DNA from: Octopus bimaculoides
Taxonomy: Eukaryota
NCBI RefSeq assembly: GCF_001194135.2
Contig: NC_068998.1
Location: 3,732,662 to 3,796,661, forward strand
Reading direction: 5' to 3'
Length of the DNA stretch: 64,000 nucleotides
Shown here: in pieces, positions 60,735-64,000 of the stretch
How positions within the stretch are numbered: position 1 is the first letter of the stretch
Layout: each line of letters begins with the position of its first letter
Program-made: the position numbers and the translations under genes
The notes under the pieces: generated by a model
Databases searched by the model: none
Seen by the model: the letters and a program-made list of their open reading frames with translations, nothing else
What the model was told of the DNA's origin: nothing

Positions 60735-60960
60735 GTGTATGTATGACTTTGTGTCTGAGTTTGTCCCACCATCACTTCTTGACAACCGGTGTTATTTTGT
60801 TTACGTCTCCGTAACTCAAGTGCTTCGGTCAAAAACCCTGATAGAATAAGTACCAGGCTTAAAAAGCAAATTAGAAACTGGGGTTTCTATTGGTTCGACT
60901 AAAATTCCTCAAGACAGTGCCCCAGCATGGGCGTAGTCGGACTGAACCGAGTAAAGAAAA
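60735..60960 (+). mobile_element. SINE family A, 3' half
   Basis: CTTGACAACCGGTGTT...GATAGAATAAGTACCAGGCTTAAAAA...CCCCAGCATGG. Confidence 0.75.
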
Positions 60961-61013
60961 AAAAAGCAATAAGAAACTGAGATGCTTATGCAAATAAATG
61001 AAATGAGTAAATA

Positions 61014-61236
61014 GCTTGTATTTCTTTATTGTCCGCGGGGGCGTAAACATAAAGGAGACAAGGGATTAAGTCGATTACATCGACCCCAGTGCGTAACTGG
61101 TATTCATTTAATCGACCCCGAAAGGATGAAAGGCTAAATCGACCACGGCGGAATTTGAACTCAGAACGTAGCGGCAGACGAAATATCGGTAAGCATTTCG
61201 CCTGGCGTGCTAACGATTCTGCCAGCTCTCTGCTTT
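61014..61236 (-). mobile_element. SINE family B, third tail type, with 13-bp TSD
   Basis: Tail (rc) GACTTAATCCCTTGTCTCCTTTATGTTTACGCCCCCGCGGACAATAAAGAAATA; flanks AAATGAGTAAATA at 61001 and 61238. Confidence 0.9.
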
Positions 61237-61959
61237 AAAATGAGTAAATAATGATAGATATATTAAATAGGAATAAAGCAAAGACAGTGAAGAGAAGAGA
61301 TGGAGGAAGCAATGGTAAAGACGATAAAGAGGAGATAAGTGGGTAAAGACAAGGAGTTGATAAGAAAACAAAGGGGTTAAGGGCGATGAGGAATGAACGA
61401 AAGGGTTAAAGATATTAACCCTTTCACTGTCTTGTGTATTACGTGACTCACGGCACATATTTCCCTGGCGTCCATATTTCGTATATTTTTCTTTTCTTTT
61501 TTTCATCCACCAGAGTAACTTGGTTCTTGTGAAAGAAAGGATATTTATGTTGCTCAGAACGTTTGCAGCAGGGGTTAATTAAAAGTCTGAAAACATTCAT
61601 TGGACGTTTAGGGAGAAACTTATGAAAATGTTTTGGACGGGCGAGGAGTTTAAGTGGGGAATGAGAGATGGATGAAAGAAGCAAAGATAATGAAAAAAAT
61701 GATTGGGGAATAAAATGGTATGATATGGAGATGGTAGGCGAATGAAAGAGTTAAAGACAAGGAGGAATTGAGGAAGAAAGGGAAAAGGAGGAAAAAATAA
61801 AGGGAAATAAAACGTTTAAAGGGGGATAAAGCAAGAAGCAAATATGGTGTAAAAAGATGAAAATTAAATAGGAATTTGAATATAAGAAATGAAAAATAGT
61901 GGAAAGAAAATTTAGAAAAAGAAATGGATAATACGATTGAATGAGTTGAATCAGTTATA

Positions 61960-62700
61960 TTGAGGAAATTAATGGGAGATCTACTGCTGATCAAAGGAAT
62001 GAGGGGATTAGTGATTAAATGAGCGAATGAATATATTAATGGTTGATATAAGGAATCGATGGATCAGTGGATTAATGTAGGAATCGATGGATCAATATTT
62101 TAATAAAGAACTTGATGGATTAGTGTTAGAATAAAAGAGTTAATTGATCAATGATGGAATGAATAAATCGCGCTGAAATCGGTTCAGTGGGGAGATCTAT
62201 GGTTCAGTGATTGATGAAGGAATCAATAAGTTAGTGATTGAAGAGATCAGTTGATCGATTGTTGATTTAAAACGTGAGGAGTGGATTCGGCGGATAAATA
62301 GTTTGAGGAAATGAACAATTTAATGATGAGGATGGATCAAACACTGAATGAATCTGTATATCAATTTGTCCATCTATCAATCAAATCGATAATAAATGGC
62401 TGAATAATTCCACGAAATGCAATTTCAATAGAGCTCTAGATCAATCAATCACAAACATAATCGATGAGGTAATCAATCAGTGTAGTAGTAACTACAGCAA
62501 TATATTACTTTATGAATCGATGAATCATTATGATCGAATTCCTAAGGTTAATCGATCAAGGATACTCTAGTCAATCAGTATCTGAAATAATGAACAAATC
62601 ACCTTTGTAATCGATGGATCGATCTATCAGTTTCTGAATCAATCAATCACTGGAGGGAATGGTAAAATCGATCAGCTGCTAATGTATCACTTGATCTTCG
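61960..62700. repeat. Degenerate ATCGAT/ATCAAT-rich array
   Basis: About 10 ATCGAT plus many ATCAAT/ATTGAT in ~650 bp. Confidence 0.6.
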
Positions 62701-63171
62701 ATAAAATATTAGAAATCAAAGAAAAAATATGAAATAAAAGTTTGAGAGAGAGAGAGAAAACAGACGTTAGAGAGGGAAATTGTGGAAGAGTCGTGGTGGG
62801 AGGTGAAGGGAAAGAAAGAAGAAAAGGATAGAGAAAGGAATAAAAGTGATGGAGAGGGGAAGTAGTGAAATAAGTTATGAAATGAGGGGTGGGGTAAGAT
62901 TTGATAAGATGGGGTTAGAGGGATAAAGGATAGAAAGTGACGTAAAAAGTTATGGAGATAGAGAAAGAAAAAAAAAAGTGTTTAGAGCAGAATATATAGT
63001 GGTAGAGGTGGTGGCTTTGGTGTGAAAGTAGTAGTGATGGCGCGAATGAAGTTGTAATGTTGGTGGTTTTAAAGCGGGGGATAAATTGCAGAATAAGTAT
63101 CCTTCAAATACTGTAGATTAGTCTTCAAGAGATTTCATTCCCCCTTCAAACACACGTATGAAAATGTGTGC

Positions 63172-63225
<54 letters not shown>

Positions 63226-63311
63226 CGAAGGCCCAGAAACAACAAGTCAGAGACGCTCTCCTTTATCGTCTGACTCGTCCATCAATAATAAAACGGTATG
63301 TTTTTATTGCG

Positions 63312-63507
63312 GCATCAGCGTCAACCAGTGACGAACTCACGGTTAGTTAAAATACATGTGTGACATATAACTTCTAAAGGTAAATTATCTCTTAGGGTGA
63401 AAGGTGTAAAAGACACCACACCTGCCTTTAGAAGTTGAAATATGCCACAAACATATTTTGACTAACCTAAAGTTCGTTCATTCCTAATCACTGCGTGGCG
63501 CTGATGC
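63312..63507. mobile_element. ~200-bp fold-back (palindromic MITE-like) element
   Basis: Arm 63312-63380 is the reverse complement of 63425-63507 (e.g. GGTTAGTTAAAATA/TATTTTGACTAACC; AACTTCTAAAGG/CCTTTAGAAGTT). Confidence 0.7.
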
Positions 63508-64000
63508 TGTTACATTTATCCCGACAAGGCTGTCTACTAGCATGGCTCAGTCACTGATGTTGGGTAGCTTTTTTTTTTAGTTAAAAATACTACTCGGGGT
63601 TATCTCTCTTTGGTATTTCCCATTAAGGAATGGCAAAGAGCCATAAAACACGCGTCTAGGAATCAGGTAGAGAAAAGCACTGTCTTGATATGATGTTTTA
63701 CACTATTTGCCATAAGAGGGAATTTTTTTCTTCGTGGCAACTGCGGTGAATATTTCTATATTCTGAGTTCAAATTTCAACAGGGTTTATTAATACCTCTC
63801 ATGGTTGTAAGATCTTTCAGATTACTAAATACCAGTAATTCACGGGCGGTAGGGTCGGTCTTTAATAAACTATAATCTTCTTCTACATTTACTAAAATTA
63901 GTCTTGTGCCAAGACAAAAGAAATAATTACTCAATATTTGTATTTATTTTATTTCTAGTTTTACCGTTTTTTCTCTCTCTTTATTTGTGCTTAGAACTGT

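Overview
AT-rich eukaryotic genomic DNA from a gapped draft assembly, with N-gaps near 10.39, 11.6-12.4, 13.7-13.8, 15.5-15.7, 23.9-24.0, 42.1-42.2, 44.0-44.1, 46.0-46.3 and 54.1-54.9 kb. The SINE repertoire and very dense (TA)n/(CA)n/(GA)n tracts suggest an octopus genome (inference from recalled repeat families). I cannot confidently identify any protein-coding gene; most ORFs in the track are microsatellite or N-gap artefacts. The window looks intronic or intergenic and is dominated by repeats. Three tRNA-derived SINE families are present (my labels): A carries an internal microsatellite, B has interchangeable tails, and C has a longer tail. An unclassified ~250-bp family (D) forms tandem arrays. 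Recognisable autonomous-element remnants are an RTE-type LINE, a Dong/R4-type LINE 3' end with an (AAT)n tail, and two Tc1/mariner 3' ends. There is also a hAT MITE with target-site duplications (TSDs), two fold-back elements and several mini/satellites. The most interesting signals are: dispersed minimal hammerhead-ribozyme motifs of the Penelope-like type (one near-intact); head-to-head inverted SINE pairs and fold-backs that could form dsRNA; head-to-tail SINE clustering with tail swapping; and a candidate signal-peptide first exon with a GC donor beside a (CG)13 tract. Coordinates of repeat boundaries are by eye and approximate.
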